From the NCBI GenBank assembly GCA_024409235.1, contig JAKSUA010000003.1, positions 137,309 to 201,308 on the forward strand: DNA of 64,000 bases, written 5' to 3'. A program made the translations under genes and the position numbers. Of this stretch, positions 37,310 through 49,000 are shown piece after piece; position 1 is the stretch's first letter, and each line of letters starts with the position of its first letter. Source of the stretch: Bacteroidales bacterium. GTDB lineage: Bacteria > Bacteroidota > Bacteroidia > Bacteroidales > UBA1715. The notes under the pieces are model-generated. The model saw only the letters and a list, made by a program, of their open reading frames with translations, did no database searches and was not told the DNA's origin.

Positions 37310-37849
37310 ATGAAATTTAGCAAATTAGCATTTTTGTTGGGTTTATTGATTGTTAGTACGACAGCATTTGCCCAGTATGATGATGATGAAACTGTTCAAT
37401 CAAGAAAAACATCTCATAGAAAAGAAAAGGTAAGCGCCCCAAAAGCTTCACGTGCAAGTCAGAAGCAGATGAAGCAACAGGATAACTTCAAGTCAAGTGT
37501 AAATAAAACTACTCATTTGAGTAAGAAAGAACAGGCGAAACTTCAGGCAAAAAAGGAAAAAGATCATAGAGAAAGATACGAGGCAACCCGTAAACGTACT
37601 CAAAATAAGAAAACTGTGAAACGTATGAAGAAAAACGAACAGTATTCTTATAAATATAATTCAGCAAAAGGCAAACGAACAGGCTCTTATCAAAGTGCCG
37701 CGACAAAAAAACGAGCGAAAGCTTTGGAGAAAAAACAAGATGAAGCTCGTGACAGATACGAAAATAAGGATTATAAACCAGGAGCAAGAAAGACTACAAA
37801 AAAAGGTAAAATTCGTGAGTTTGTAAATCCTTTCAAACGAGACAAATAA
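37310..37849 (+). CDS. secreted, extremely Lys/Arg-rich low-complexity protein
   Basis: Signal peptide (VSTTAFAQ), then ~155 aa dominated by K/R/Q/E (e.g. KKEQAKLQAKKEKDHRERYEATRKRTQNKKTVKRMKK). No recognised domain. Confidence 0.55.
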   Translation: MKFSKLAFLLGLLIVSTTAFAQYDDDETVQSRKTSHRKEKVSAPKASRASQKQMKQQDNFKSSVNKTTHLSKKEQAKLQAKKEKDHRERYEATRKRTQNKKTVKRMKKNEQYSYKYNSAKGKRTGSYQSAATKKRAKALEKKQDEARDRYENKDYKPGARKTTKKGKIREFVNPFKRDK

Positions 37850-37856
37850 AATTCTT

Positions 37857-38798
37857 ATGAAACGGTTTTGGCTAATAGTTCTTGCTGTTTTAGCAGTGTG
37901 TGCAATTCAGGCTCAAAACTGTGATTCACTGTATCTTGAATCGTTGCGTCTGTATGACCAAAAAAAATTTCAAGCTGCTTTAGATGAGGTAAATTCTGTG
38001 ATGAGCGTTTGCCCAGTAAAAACAGACTATTACCTTCATCGTGGAAAATGTTATAGGGCTCTTAAAAATATTGATGCAGAATTGATCTCGCTTGATGCGG
38101 CAATTGCTATAGACTCAAATTGCATTGCGGCATGGACTACCAAAGCACTATATGAGATTGATTTGAAAAGATACAGTTCGGCAATAAAAAGCCATGAAAA
38201 GGTCCTTTCGTTGATTTCGGCAGACGACTCTACCGTGTCAATTTATCAGACAAATTTAGGAGCATTGTATGTTTGGACAAATCAGAATCAAAAAGCATTT
38301 GATTTTTTGTGGAGCTTGTGTCATGTGGATTCTTTTGACATGGGAACCATGAATAACCTTGCTGCTAGTGCGATTTATCTTGAAAAATATGAAGAAGCTG
38401 CCTGGGCACTCAATAAAATTCTTGAAATTTTTCCCGATAATGTAGGTGCTTTAATAAATATGGGATTGTGCAAGTCGGGACAAAAAGATTATAAAGCGGC
38501 TATGAAATATTATGATCAAGCCCTACGTATAGATCCCGAAGAAGCGTATGCTTTAAACAATGCAGGCTGGGCCTTGTTCCAGTTGGGAAAGAATAAGAAA
38601 GCGTTTGATTATATAAACAAATCAATACGAATAGATTCAACGAATGCGTATGCGTATAGAAATAAAGCATATGTGCAAATAAAGTTGGGTGTTTCGAGAT
38701 TGGAAGTTTGTAAAACACTTCAATTAGCAATTGATAATGGATTTACTGAGATGTATGGCGGTGAAGTTCTGCATCTTCAACAAGAACTTTGCAAATAA
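37857..38798 (+). CDS. tetratricopeptide (TPR) repeat protein, secreted
   Basis: Signal peptide, then several TPR-like 34-aa units (e.g. AMKYYDQALRIDPEEAYALNNAGWALFQLGKNKKA). Confidence 0.75.
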   Translation: MKRFWLIVLAVLAVCAIQAQNCDSLYLESLRLYDQKKFQAALDEVNSVMSVCPVKTDYYLHRGKCYRALKNIDAELISLDAAIAIDSNCIAAWTTKALYEIDLKRYSSAIKSHEKVLSLISADDSTVSIYQTNLGALYVWTNQNQKAFDFLWSLCHVDSFDMGTMNNLAASAIYLEKYEEAAWALNKILEIFPDNVGALINMGLCKSGQKDYKAAMKYYDQALRIDPEEAYALNNAGWALFQLGKNKKAFDYINKSIRIDSTNAYAYRNKAYVQIKLGVSRLEVCKTLQLAIDNGFTEMYGGEVLHLQQELCK

Positions 38799-38806
38799 GT
38801 TTGTCT

Positions 38807-41569
38807 ATGGACGAAAAAAAACTTTTTTTGATAGACGGTCATGCTGTTTTGTACCGTTCTTATTATGCTTTTATAAATAATCCGCGTGTAAATTCTAAAG
38901 GTGTAAATACCTCTGCCATTTTTGGTTTTGTGAATACGTTATATGAAATGATACGTTCGCAAAAGCCGACACATATTGGCGTTGTATTTGATCCGAAAGG
39001 AAAGACTTTCCGTCATCAAATGTACGATGCCTACAAAGCCAATAGACAAGCAACTCCAGAAGACCTTAAAGCAGCCATTCCCGAAGTTATTGAAATCGTT
39101 GAGGCAATGAATATCCCAGTAATTCAAGTTGAAGGATATGAAGCTGACGATGTGATTGGTACTTTGGCAAAACAAGCGGCACGAAAGGATTTCATGGTTT
39201 ACATGGTTACTCCTGATAAAGACTATGCTCAGCTTGTGGAGGATAAGATTCATATGTATCGTCTTGGACATGCAGGTATAGATATTATGGGGCCGGTACA
39301 AGTTGCCGATAAATTTAGTGTTCAGCGTCCGGAACAAATTATCGACTTGTTGGGCTTGTGGGGTGATAGTTCAGACAATATTCCTGGAGCTCCTGGTGTT
39401 GGCGAAAAAACAGCTAAATCATTAATTGCTCAATATGACAGTATTGAAGGTATTTATGATAATATTGAGAAATTAAAAGGCAAACAGAAGGAAAATCTAC
39501 AAAAGGCAAAGGACCAGGTCCTTTTGTCGAAGAAACTAGCAACTATTTGTACAGAAGTCCCAATTTCAATTGATGATTACAATTTTGAAACAGAACAGTT
39601 TAACGAGCAAAAGCTTCAGGATAAATTCAGTGAGTTGGAGTTCTTTGGCTTAGCAAAGAAAATGTTTCAAACGACAATTGAAACAAAAGTGCAGGTTGTA
39701 AAACCTGTAGAAAAGAAACAGGATTCTTTTCAGTTGGATATGTTTGCTGAACCGGTAGCTGTACAGAAGGTTGAACAAGTTGCTTCTGTTTCGGGAAATT
39801 ATCGGACTGTTACAGATGTGGAAAGCTTTGTGAAATTGCTTTCAAAACAATTGTCTTTTTCATTTGTAATATGTGGAACATCCTTGGAACCAGTAGATTC
39901 TAATCTAGTTGGAATTGCTTTCTCATGGGAAAAAGAAAATGGGTATTATCTTCCTTTTACTCAAAATGAAGATAATTGTAAGTCATTGATTGAGAAATTA
40001 GCTCCTGTTTTTAGTTCCTGCAGTAAAAAAATCACCTATGATTTAAAATATTGTATTTCAGTATTGTCTCGTTACAATGTGAAACTTGGAGGTGAATTGC
40101 ATGATATAATGCTTGCTCATTATATTCTTCAGCCTGAGGCTCGTCATAGTTTGGAGACGGTTGTAAGGCAGTTTTTACATAGGGAAATTACTCGTGTTGA
40201 AGATGTTGTTGGGAAAAAATTAGGTCAATTCTCTTTTGGGGAGTTGTCATCTGATTTTATGAGAAAGTATATGTGTGAACGTGCAGATGTATGTTTACAG
40301 GTTGTTTCTATCTTAGAAAATGAATTGAAAGAACTGGGGCAGTACGAGTTATATATGAACATTGAATGTCCGTTGACGGCCGTATTGAGTGACATGGAGA
40401 TGACGGGCGTGAGAATAGATTCCGATGTATTGCATGAATCTTCAAAGATAATGACTAATCAGGTTCTAGATATTGAGAAAAAAATATGTGAACTTGCTGG
40501 TCATCAATTTAATATAGCCTCGCCTCGTCAATTGGGCGAAGTCTTGTTTGACGAACTGAAAATCGTTGACAAAGCAAAAAAAACAAAATCGAAACAATAT
40601 GCAACGGATGCTGAGGTTCTTGAAAAACTAAAGGATTCCCATCCAATTGTACCATTGATTCTTGAATATCGTGAGATAAAGAAATTATTGTCAACCTATA
40701 TTGATAGTTTTCCTTTGTTGGTGAATAAACGTACCGAACGTATTCATGCGTCGTTTAATCAGGCCGTGGTTGCAACGGGACGTTTGAGTTCTACAAATCC
40801 TAATTTGCAGAATATTCCAATTCGTACGGAAATGGGCCGTCAAATACGAAAGGTATTTATTCCTTCGGTTTCAGGAAATATTTTTCTTTCTGCGGATTAT
40901 TCTCAGATTGAATTACGTTTGATTGCTCATTTTTCCGAAGACGAACATTTTATAAATGCATTTAAAAATGGAGAGGACATTCATCGTGCAACTGCAGCAA
41001 AAATATATGGTTTACCGATAGAGGAAGTGACTTCAGAGCAACGTAGAAAAGCCAAGTCTGCAAATTTTGCTATTTCATATGGGACAACAGCTTTTGGTTT
41101 GTCGCAAACGCTTAATATTCCAAGAAAAGAGGCTCAGGAACTTATTGAAAGTTATTATGCTAACTATCCTCGGGTGAAGGCTTTAATGGATTCCTACATT
41201 CATTCTGCACAAGAAAAAGGCTATGTGGAAACAATGTTTCAACGTCGTCGATACACACCAGACATAAATTCTCAAAATGCTACGATACGCGGTGTTGCCG
41301 AAAGGAATGCTATAAATGCGCCAATTCAGGGAACGGCTGCCGACATTATTAAGATTGCTATGATTCATATTTTCGAGAGAATGTCGGCAATGAAATTGAA
41401 GAGCAAAATGATTCTTCAAGTTCACGATGAATTGAATTTTGATGTATTTCCGGATGAGTTGGATGTTATGAAACAGATTGTTTCTGAAGAGATGCAAAAT
41501 GCTGTAAGACTTAAAGTTCCGCTTGTAGCAGAAATGGGAGTAGGCAAAAATTGGCTGGAGGCTCATTAA
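38807..41569 (+). CDS. polA: DNA polymerase I
   Basis: 5'-nuclease N-terminus (LFLIDGHAVLYRSYYAF), a 3'-5' exonuclease region, and polymerase motifs (DYSQIELR; RRKAKSANFAISYG; LQVHDEL). ATG 38807 is preferred over the longest ORF start at 38789. Confidence 0.97.
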   Translation: MDEKKLFLIDGHAVLYRSYYAFINNPRVNSKGVNTSAIFGFVNTLYEMIRSQKPTHIGVVFDPKGKTFRHQMYDAYKANRQATPEDLKAAIPEVIEIVEAMNIPVIQVEGYEADDVIGTLAKQAARKDFMVYMVTPDKDYAQLVEDKIHMYRLGHAGIDIMGPVQVADKFSVQRPEQIIDLLGLWGDSSDNIPGAPGVGEKTAKSLIAQYDSIEGIYDNIEKLKGKQKENLQKAKDQVLLSKKLATICTEVPISIDDYNFETEQFNEQKLQDKFSELEFFGLAKKMFQTTIETKVQVVKPVEKKQDSFQLDMFAEPVAVQKVEQVASVSGNYRTVTDVESFVKLLSKQLSFSFVICGTSLEPVDSNLVGIAFSWEKENGYYLPFTQNEDNCKSLIEKLAPVFSSCSKKITYDLKYCISVLSRYNVKLGGELHDIMLAHYILQPEARHSLETVVRQFLHREITRVEDVVGKKLGQFSFGELSSDFMRKYMCERADVCLQVVSILENELKELGQYELYMNIECPLTAVLSDMEMTGVRIDSDVLHESSKIMTNQVLDIEKKICELAGHQFNIASPRQLGEVLFDELKIVDKAKKTKSKQYATDAEVLEKLKDSHPIVPLILEYREIKKLLSTYIDSFPLLVNKRTERIHASFNQAVVATGRLSSTNPNLQNIPIRTEMGRQIRKVFIPSVSGNIFLSADYSQIELRLIAHFSEDEHFINAFKNGEDIHRATAAKIYGLPIEEVTSEQRRKAKSANFAISYGTTAFGLSQTLNIPRKEAQELIESYYANYPRVKALMDSYIHSAQEKGYVETMFQRRRYTPDINSQNATIRGVAERNAINAPIQGTAADIIKIAMIHIFERMSAMKLKSKMILQVHDELNFDVFPDELDVMKQIVSEEMQNAVRLKVPLVAEMGVGKNWLEAH

Positions 41570-41686
41570 AAAGTGGAAATCCTGCCAAGGAGAGCATTTA
41601 TTGTACATCTTGTGATACCTTGCAAATATAAAGGATGAAACTTTTAGATTTGTTTGGTTTACGAAAACATTTAAAGTGAAAAATGT

Positions 41687-41694
41687 TATCTTTG
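41687..41694 (+). promoter_or_regulatory. -7 box (TATCTTTG) upstream of leuB
   Basis: Perfect TAnnTTTG, 26 nt before ATG 41720. It supports ATG 41720 rather than TTG 41705. Confidence 0.4.
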
Positions 41695-41719
41695 CCGACG
41701 ATTATTGAAAAACACAGAT

Positions 41720-42781
41720 ATGAAAGCAAAAATAGCAGTTCTTCCAGGTGATGGTATCGGACCAGAAATTATGGAACAAGGTGTAGCCGTTATGCAAGCG
41801 GTTTGTAAGAAGTTTGGACATGAATTCTCTTGTACAAATGCAATTTGTGGCGCTGATGCAATAGATAAAGTAGGGGACCCATTCCCAGAAGAAACATTTA
41901 AAGTTTGTATGGACGCTGATGCTGTTTTGTTCGCATCTGTAGGTGATCCAAAATTTGACAATAATCCAGCTGCAAAAGTTCGTCCAGAACAAGGACTTTT
42001 GGCTATGCGTAAAAAACTTGGATTGTTTGCAAACATTCGTCCTGTTGAAACATTTGATTGTTTAGTACATAAATCACCTTTAAAAACAGAATTAGTGAAA
42101 GGTGCAGATTTCATCTGTATCCGTGAGTTAACTGGTGGTATGTATTTTGGTGAAAAGAAAGAAGGAGACGATGTTGCTTACGATACAAATTACTACACAA
42201 GAAATGAAGTAGAAAGAATCTTAAAAGTTGCATACGATTATGCACGTAAACGCCGTAAACACTTAACTGTAGTTGATAAGGCAAACGTACTTGCATCAAG
42301 CCGTTTATGGAGAAGAGTCGCTCAGGAAATGGCTCCTCAATATCCTGATGTTACTACAGATTTTATGTATGTTGACAATGCTGCAATGCGTATGATTCAA
42401 GAACCAAAATTCTTCGATGTTATGGTTACTGAAAATACTTTCGGTGATATTTTAACTGACGAAGGATCTTGTATCACAGGTTCTATGGGATTGCTTCCAT
42501 CTGCTTCTACTGGCGAACATACTCCAGTTTTTGAACCAATTCACGGAAGCTGGCCACAAGCAAAAGGTTTGAATATCGCTAACCCATTGGCTCAAATTCT
42601 TTCTGTTGCAATGTTGTTTGAATATTTCGATTTGAAAGAAGAAGGTTCATTGATTCGTAAGGCGGTAAATGCTTCTTTGGATGCAAATGTTCGTACACCT
42701 GAAATTCAAGTTGAAGGTGGTGCAAAATATGGCACAAAAGAAGTTGGAGCTTGGATTGTAAATTACATAGAGAAAGCATAA
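41720..42781 (+). CDS. leuB: 3-isopropylmalate dehydrogenase
   Basis: [17 protein letters not shown], the [10 protein letters not shown] motif, and a [10 protein letters not shown] loop. About 353 aa. Confidence 0.93.
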   Translation: MKAKIAVLPGDGIGPEIMEQGVAVMQAVCKKFGHEFSCTNAICGADAIDKVGDPFPEETFKVCMDADAVLFASVGDPKFDNNPAAKVRPEQGLLAMRKKLGLFANIRPVETFDCLVHKSPLKTELVKGADFICIRELTGGMYFGEKKEGDDVAYDTNYYTRNEVERILKVAYDYARKRRKHLTVVDKANVLASSRLWRRVAQEMAPQYPDVTTDFMYVDNAAMRMIQEPKFFDVMVTENTFGDILTDEGSCITGSMGLLPSASTGEHTPVFEPIHGSWPQAKGLNIANPLAQILSVAMLFEYFDLKEEGSLIRKAVNASLDANVRTPEIQVEGGAKYGTKEVGAWIVNYIEKA

Positions 42782-42803
42782 TATAGTTTTTTCATAGGCG
42801 AGA

Positions 42804-42848
42804 GAAAGGGGGGCAACTGTAACAGGTTGTTCCCCTTTCGATTTTTAT
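42804..42848 (+). terminator. rho-independent terminator after leuB
   Basis: 14-bp GC-rich stem GAAAGGGGGGCAAC/GTTGTTCCCCTTTC (two G-U pairs) with an 8-nt loop, followed by GATTTTTAT. Confidence 0.75.
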
Positions 42849-43008
42849 TAGGCTGGTAGTCTTGTATAATTTAGAGCTGAAAACATGTTCTTTTCTATCG
42901 TGTTTCGGAAGAAAAGAACAAAGAATTGGGGTTTTCTTGTTTTTTTTTGTCTTATGAATAAAGATTATTTATAACTTTACGAGCTTTTATTTAGAAAATT
43001 ATAGAATT

Positions 43009-46000
43009 ATGAAAAAATACTTAGTTAATGTATTAGCACTTGTTATAAGTGTTGTTATGTGTAATGGGGCTTTTGCTGCTGGTGGTATTAATACCGGAAA
43101 AGGAAAGATTCCGTTTGGTAGTAATACTCAATACAATTATGGTATTATGCCGACAAACCTACCTTCGTCCGGTACTTATGGCGGTTCGCAAAAGGCTGCA
43201 GAAGCATATGATGCATGGAAAAATAAATATGTTGGTTCATGTAGTCCGGGTTATCGTGTGAAGTTTGATGATGAGTCTATCACGGTGTCGGAAGGTATTG
43301 CATATGGTATGCTTCTTTCTGTATATGCCGATGACAGGGATTTGTTTGATGGCTTGTGGACATATTATAAAAACCATAGAAACGGTAATGGTGTGATGAA
43401 CTGGAAAATCAGCGGTTGTGGCTCTGCAACAGGTGATGGACAGAATGGAGCAACAGATGCCGAACTTGACGTTGCAATGTCACTTGTAATTGCTTCTGAA
43501 CAATGGGGTGGCTCATACGGTGATGATGCAAAAGCATTTATTCAGGTTATCAAGAAAACTGAAATGGGTTCTGATGGTCAGACTTTGAATGGTGATGCGT
43601 GGGGTAATACAAATACATGCCGTAACCCAAGTTATTTTGCTCCTGGATATTATGCGGAATTTGCGAAAGTGGATACTGATAATGGAACATTCTGGGGAAC
43701 TACAGCAATTGCTGCTTCGGATAAGGTTTTGAAAGCAAACATGAATCAAACATCAGGTTTGGTAAGTAACTGGTGTGATAATAATGGTTCAGAAAATACT
43801 TGTGGTAATACAGGTTCGGGTGCTCAAGGTTATGGTGCAGATGCATGCCGTAACCCATGGCGTATGACTATTGACTATTTGTGGCACGGTCCTTCTTGTT
43901 CGGCTGGAGCAACTGCTATAAATGCAAAATTGATAAAATTCGTAAGTGGTTATGAAAATCAGTTGAAGGGTCCTTTCTCTAATCGTAATGTGTCAAATCC
44001 TGGTAGTGGATCGTATGTGAATGGTTCTTATACAACATTAGCATTACCAACAATGACTTCAAAAGATGCACAAAGCAGTTTGAATAAATGTTATGCTGCT
44101 GTAGCAAGTCTTGGTGATGTGGATGTATATTTTAATACGACAATCCGCTGTATTACATTGTTTGTAATGACGGGTAACTTCTGGTCGCCAGGAGCTTCAG
44201 GTTTCGTATTTCCTCCATCAGTTTCTTCTTCTGCAGTGACAGGAAACAAAGATGATGGTTATAAATTAACTTTGACAATGAGCAAAACTATGTCGGCAGG
44301 AACATCTGCGGCATCTAATTTCACATTATATTATAATGGTGCAGAACAAAATGCAATTAGTAAAGTTACTGTTAATAGTGATAAAACAGTTGTGTTGACA
44401 TTGTCTGCTGGTCCTCAACCTGGACAAACAGTAGTATTAAGCTATAATGGTAATGGCAATATTAAATCTTCTGATGATGCGGTTTTAGCATCTTTCACTA
44501 AGATTGAAGTGCTTAATATGGTTGATGGTAGTGAAACTATTCTTGATGATTGCGAGGATGGTAATGAATTCAACAATGTGGGTGGTATTTGGTTTACATT
44601 TAATGATACACCAGATCAAGAATCTGCTGCTAAACCAGGTACAAAGAGTTCTATAACACCGTTAACAGGCAAAGAAAATCCGTTAGAGATGGAAACAACG
44701 GGTTTTGATGGAACAGGATATGCTGTTCATGCAAAATATAAATTAGGCTCTAATTATACTCCATATAACAATGGTGCCGCTGCAAGTTGGACAAACCCAG
44801 CGTATGTAGGTATTGGTACTTGGGTCGATGATGTGGAAACAAGTTCAATGGACTGGTCTGGTGGTGATGGTGTGACATTCTGGTATAAAGGTCCAAAATG
44901 TATGTTCCAAATAATTATTTCAGAAGTAACAGACTACTGTTTCCATAAATATGATGTCCCTGAATGTAGTGATTGGACTAAAATTACAGTGAAATGGGGG
45001 GATCTTGCTCAGCCAACATGGGGTACGGCAATAAATTTCTCGGCAAAACATGTACTGAAATTGCAGTGGCAGTTCTCTACTGATTATGAATCATCAGGTG
45101 CAAGTGGAGATATATGGATTGATGAGGTTCATATCTTAGGTATGCCTCCTGTTGCATTGACAGGCCTTGAAATATCTCCTGTGTCAGATGCTGATTTGGA
45201 AGATGACGACTGTGCAGCGAATATTGATCCGTTAAAAATTCCGATAGCTTCTAAACAAAAAGGTGATACATTGTATTTGGAAACAACTGCTACTCCAGAG
45301 GATGCTTCTTATCCAGTTGTATTCTGGTCTTCTTCTGACGAGGAAGTTGTTACGGTTGACTATAAAGGACGTGTAATTGGTGTAGGTTATGGTGAAGCTA
45401 CAATTACAGCCCGTTCTAAAATGCATCAAAATATTTCAACAACATATACAGTAAAGGTTCCTGCTCCAGCAGTGAAACCAACTGCTATTGCCTTTGAAGA
45501 AGATGCGTATGAAGTTGGCGTTGGTGAAACGGCAACAATTATTCCTAGGTTCTCTCCTTCGGGCGTAACAGAGACTGGTTTAACTTGGAAATCATCTGAT
45601 GTGACGAAAGCTACAGTTTCTGCATCAGGTGTGGTTACAGGTATTTCTGCCGGTGAAGTTACTGTTACAGCAACAAGTTCTGCCGAAGGTTGTTCATCGG
45701 TGAAAAATTCGGTTACTGTAACTGTTGTGAAGAAGGAAATTGCATTGAAATCTATTTCTGCCAGTGACGAACCTGTTGAACTTCCTGTTGGTTTAAATAA
45801 GGAGATTTCTTTAACATTTGATCCAGCAGATGCAACTAATAAATCTGTTACATGGAGTTCTTCTAAGGAATCGGTTGCTACAGTAACTGATGGAGTAATA
45901 ACTGCAGTTGCTGCTGGAACATGTACAATTACAGCAACTTCGGAAGCAGATCCTTCTATAAAGGCAGAAATCGCAGTAACTGTAGCCGATATCTGTGTAA

Positions 46001-49000
46001 CTGAATTTACATTGGAGGAATCGTCAATAAATGTAGATGTTGATAGTGAAGAGGAAATATATGTTAAAGTAAAAGATTACAAAACAAACTACGAAACAAC
46101 GCCTAAATTTACTTATACATCAAGCGATAAAGATGTTGTTCGTGTTGACAGCAAAGGTTTGCTAACAATAAGAGGGGACGGTACTGCGACAATTACAGTA
46201 ACAGCTTCTGATAATTGTGAATTATCAAAAGAATGTGAAGTAACAGTGTCAAGTTCTGTTGTTCCAGTAACAGGAGTTGAATTGGATAAATCAACGGAAA
46301 CAGTATCTGTTGGTGAAAAAGTCACTTTGAAAGCTATTGTCTCTCCTTCTGATGCAACTGATAAATCTGTTACATGGAGTTCTTCTAAAGAATCAGTTGC
46401 AACAGTTGTTGATGGAGTTGTAACTGCTGTTGATGCGGGAGAAGCTGTGATTACAGTAACCACTAAAGACGGTGGTGAAACAGCAACTTGTACAATTACA
46501 GTAACAAAACCTGTTTCAGGGGTTACATTGAGCGAAACATCAAAAACATTAGTGAAAGATGAAACATTGGATTTGGTAGCAACGGTTGCTCCAGCTGATG
46601 CTTCAAATACAGCTGTTGAATGGACGTCTTCAGATGCTGCAATTGCTACAGTAAATGGTTCGGGAAAAGTAACTGCAAAAGCTAAGGGTAAAGCAACAAT
46701 TACTGTAACAACATTAGATGGAGCTAAAACAGCAAGTTGTGAGATAACAGTTATTGTTGTTCCAACTTCAATAACTATGGATCAGGCATTAAATTTTGTG
46801 GATGGTGATGATGCTAAAACATTAACTGCAACAGTTCTTCCTTCGGATGCTAATAATCAGAATATAATTTGGTCTTCTGATGACCAGAATGTAGCAACTG
46901 TTGTTGACGGTGTTGTAACTCCGGTTGGTGAAGGTAATTGTATTATAACTGCGAAATGCGAAGCTGATGAGACAATTTCTGCGACTTGTAAGGTTACAGT
47001 TTCAGCAAGTACAATTGCAGTTACAGGCGTTTCATTGAATAAAAATACATTAACAATAACTGCAGGCGAAGAAGCAACATTATCTGCGGTAATAGCACCA
47101 GAGGGCGCAACAAACACAAAAATTACTTGGGCAAGTTCAAAAGAAACAGTCGCAACTGTTGAAAATGGTATTATTTCAGCAATTGCTCCAGGAGAAACAG
47201 TTATTACGGTAACAACCGAAGATGGCGGTTTCACAGCTTCTTGTACTGTTACTGTTGAAGCTGCTACAATTTCAGTAACTGGTGTTGATTTAGATAAAAC
47301 AGCACTTAGTCTTTATGTTGATGAGTCTGAAACGTTAAAAGCTTCGGTAAAACCTGCAGATGCTTCTAATACAAAAGTAGCATGGTCTTCTTCTAACCCT
47401 GCTGTTGCAACTGTAGATCAATCTGGTAAAGTGGAAGCTATTTCTGCTGGTGATGCTATAATTACTGTGACAACAGAAGATGGAGAGTTTACAAAAACAT
47501 GTAAAGTGACTGTTGAAAATCTTCCAGAGGAAGTTGTTGTGACTGCTGTAGAGTTGAATAGTAAAACATTAACATTGAAGGTTGGTACAGGTCAGTCTTT
47601 GATTGCAACGGTTAAATATTCTGATGGTACATCTTCTAAAAACGAAGTAATTACATGGTCCACAGACAATGCTGCTGTTGCAGATGTTGATGATGGTTAT
47701 GTAACTGGTGCATCTACGGGTAAAGCTGAAATTACAGCTTCGTTTAAAGGAAAATCAGCTACTTGTGTTGTAACAGTAGAGTCAGATGTAACGGTTTCTG
47801 CGATAGAACTAAGTCTTACTGAGTTGCAAATGGAAATAGGTGATGAAAAGGGACTAAAAGCAACAGTTAAATATTCTGACGGTACAAGTTCAACAAAAGA
47901 AAAGAATATTGTTTGGGAATCTGACAATGAAAGTGTTGTTGGAGTAGATGATGGTTGGTTAATTGCTGTTGAAGAAGGTGAAGCAACTATTACAGCTTCA
48001 ATAGGATCTGTTTCGGCAACTTGTGTTGTAACAGTTGGAGCAGCAGTAATTCCTGTAACAAGTGTAACGTTAAATAAGACTAATGTTTCTATAACGAAAA
48101 CAGAATCTGTTACATTATTAGCGACAATAATGCCAACAACGGCAACAAATAAAGCTGTTACATGGTCTTCATCTAGAGAATCAGTAGCAACAGTTATTGA
48201 CGGAAAAATAATAGTTGTTGGCGTTGGTACTACTATTATTACTGTAACAACAGAGGATGGTTCAAAAACTGCTACATGCGAATTAACAGTTACTGACATT
48301 CTTGTAGAAATGGTGATTATAGATAATTCATTGTCGCTAACAGTTGGAGAGTCAGACAAGATTTCTGTAACTGTGTTACCTACGGGAGCAAGCAATAATG
48401 TGAAGTGGGCTTCTTCAAATGAAAAAGTGGCAACTGTTGATGAAGATGGTAACGTAACGGCGGTAAGTGCTGGTTCTGCAGAAATTACAGCAACTTCAGC
48501 AGATGGGTCAAATATTACTTCTGAACCTTGTGTTGTTACTGTTTCAAATGTTAAGGTAACTGATGTGGAACTTGACAAGGAATCATTAATTGTTCGTGTT
48601 GGAGCTACTGTAACATTGAATGCAACTGTATCTCCTGCCGCTGCAACAAATAAAACTGTAAAGTGGTCTTCAAGTAAAACAACTGCTTCTGTTGTTGATG
48701 GAGTTGTAACAGGTGTTTCTGCAGGTTCAACAACAATTACGGCCGCAAGTGATGAGGATAGTTATATAAAAGCGACATGTTCTGTAGATGTTGTTGATGC
48801 ATCGGAATTGAATGCTGAAATATCTTCTGCAACAGCATCTTTGAATTCTGCTGTTGAGGGAACAGAAATCGGTCAATATAAAGCAGGTTCAAAAGCGACA
48901 TTACAGTCAGCTATTGCAAAAGCTCAAACAGTATATGACAATGAAAATGCTACACAAACTGCTATCGATCGTGCGTTGTCTGATTTACAGGCTGCAGTTA

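Noticed and set aside
41686-42114. 142-aa and 96-aa minus-strand ORFs overlapping the 5' half of leuB.
   Set aside because: The plus frame encodes a canonical 3-isopropylmalate dehydrogenase. The antisense products have no motifs.
47697-48578. 293-aa antisense ORF inside the giant gene, plus similar ones at 46113..46463, 46857..47234 and 50016..50420.
   Set aside because: They lie opposite the Big_2/FIVAR repeats. The Val/Thr/Ala/Ser-rich codons there (GTT, ACT, GCT, ...) give stop-free, equally V/T/A/S-rich reverse frames. They have no start context, promoter box or recognisable motif, whereas the sense frame has clear domain signatures.
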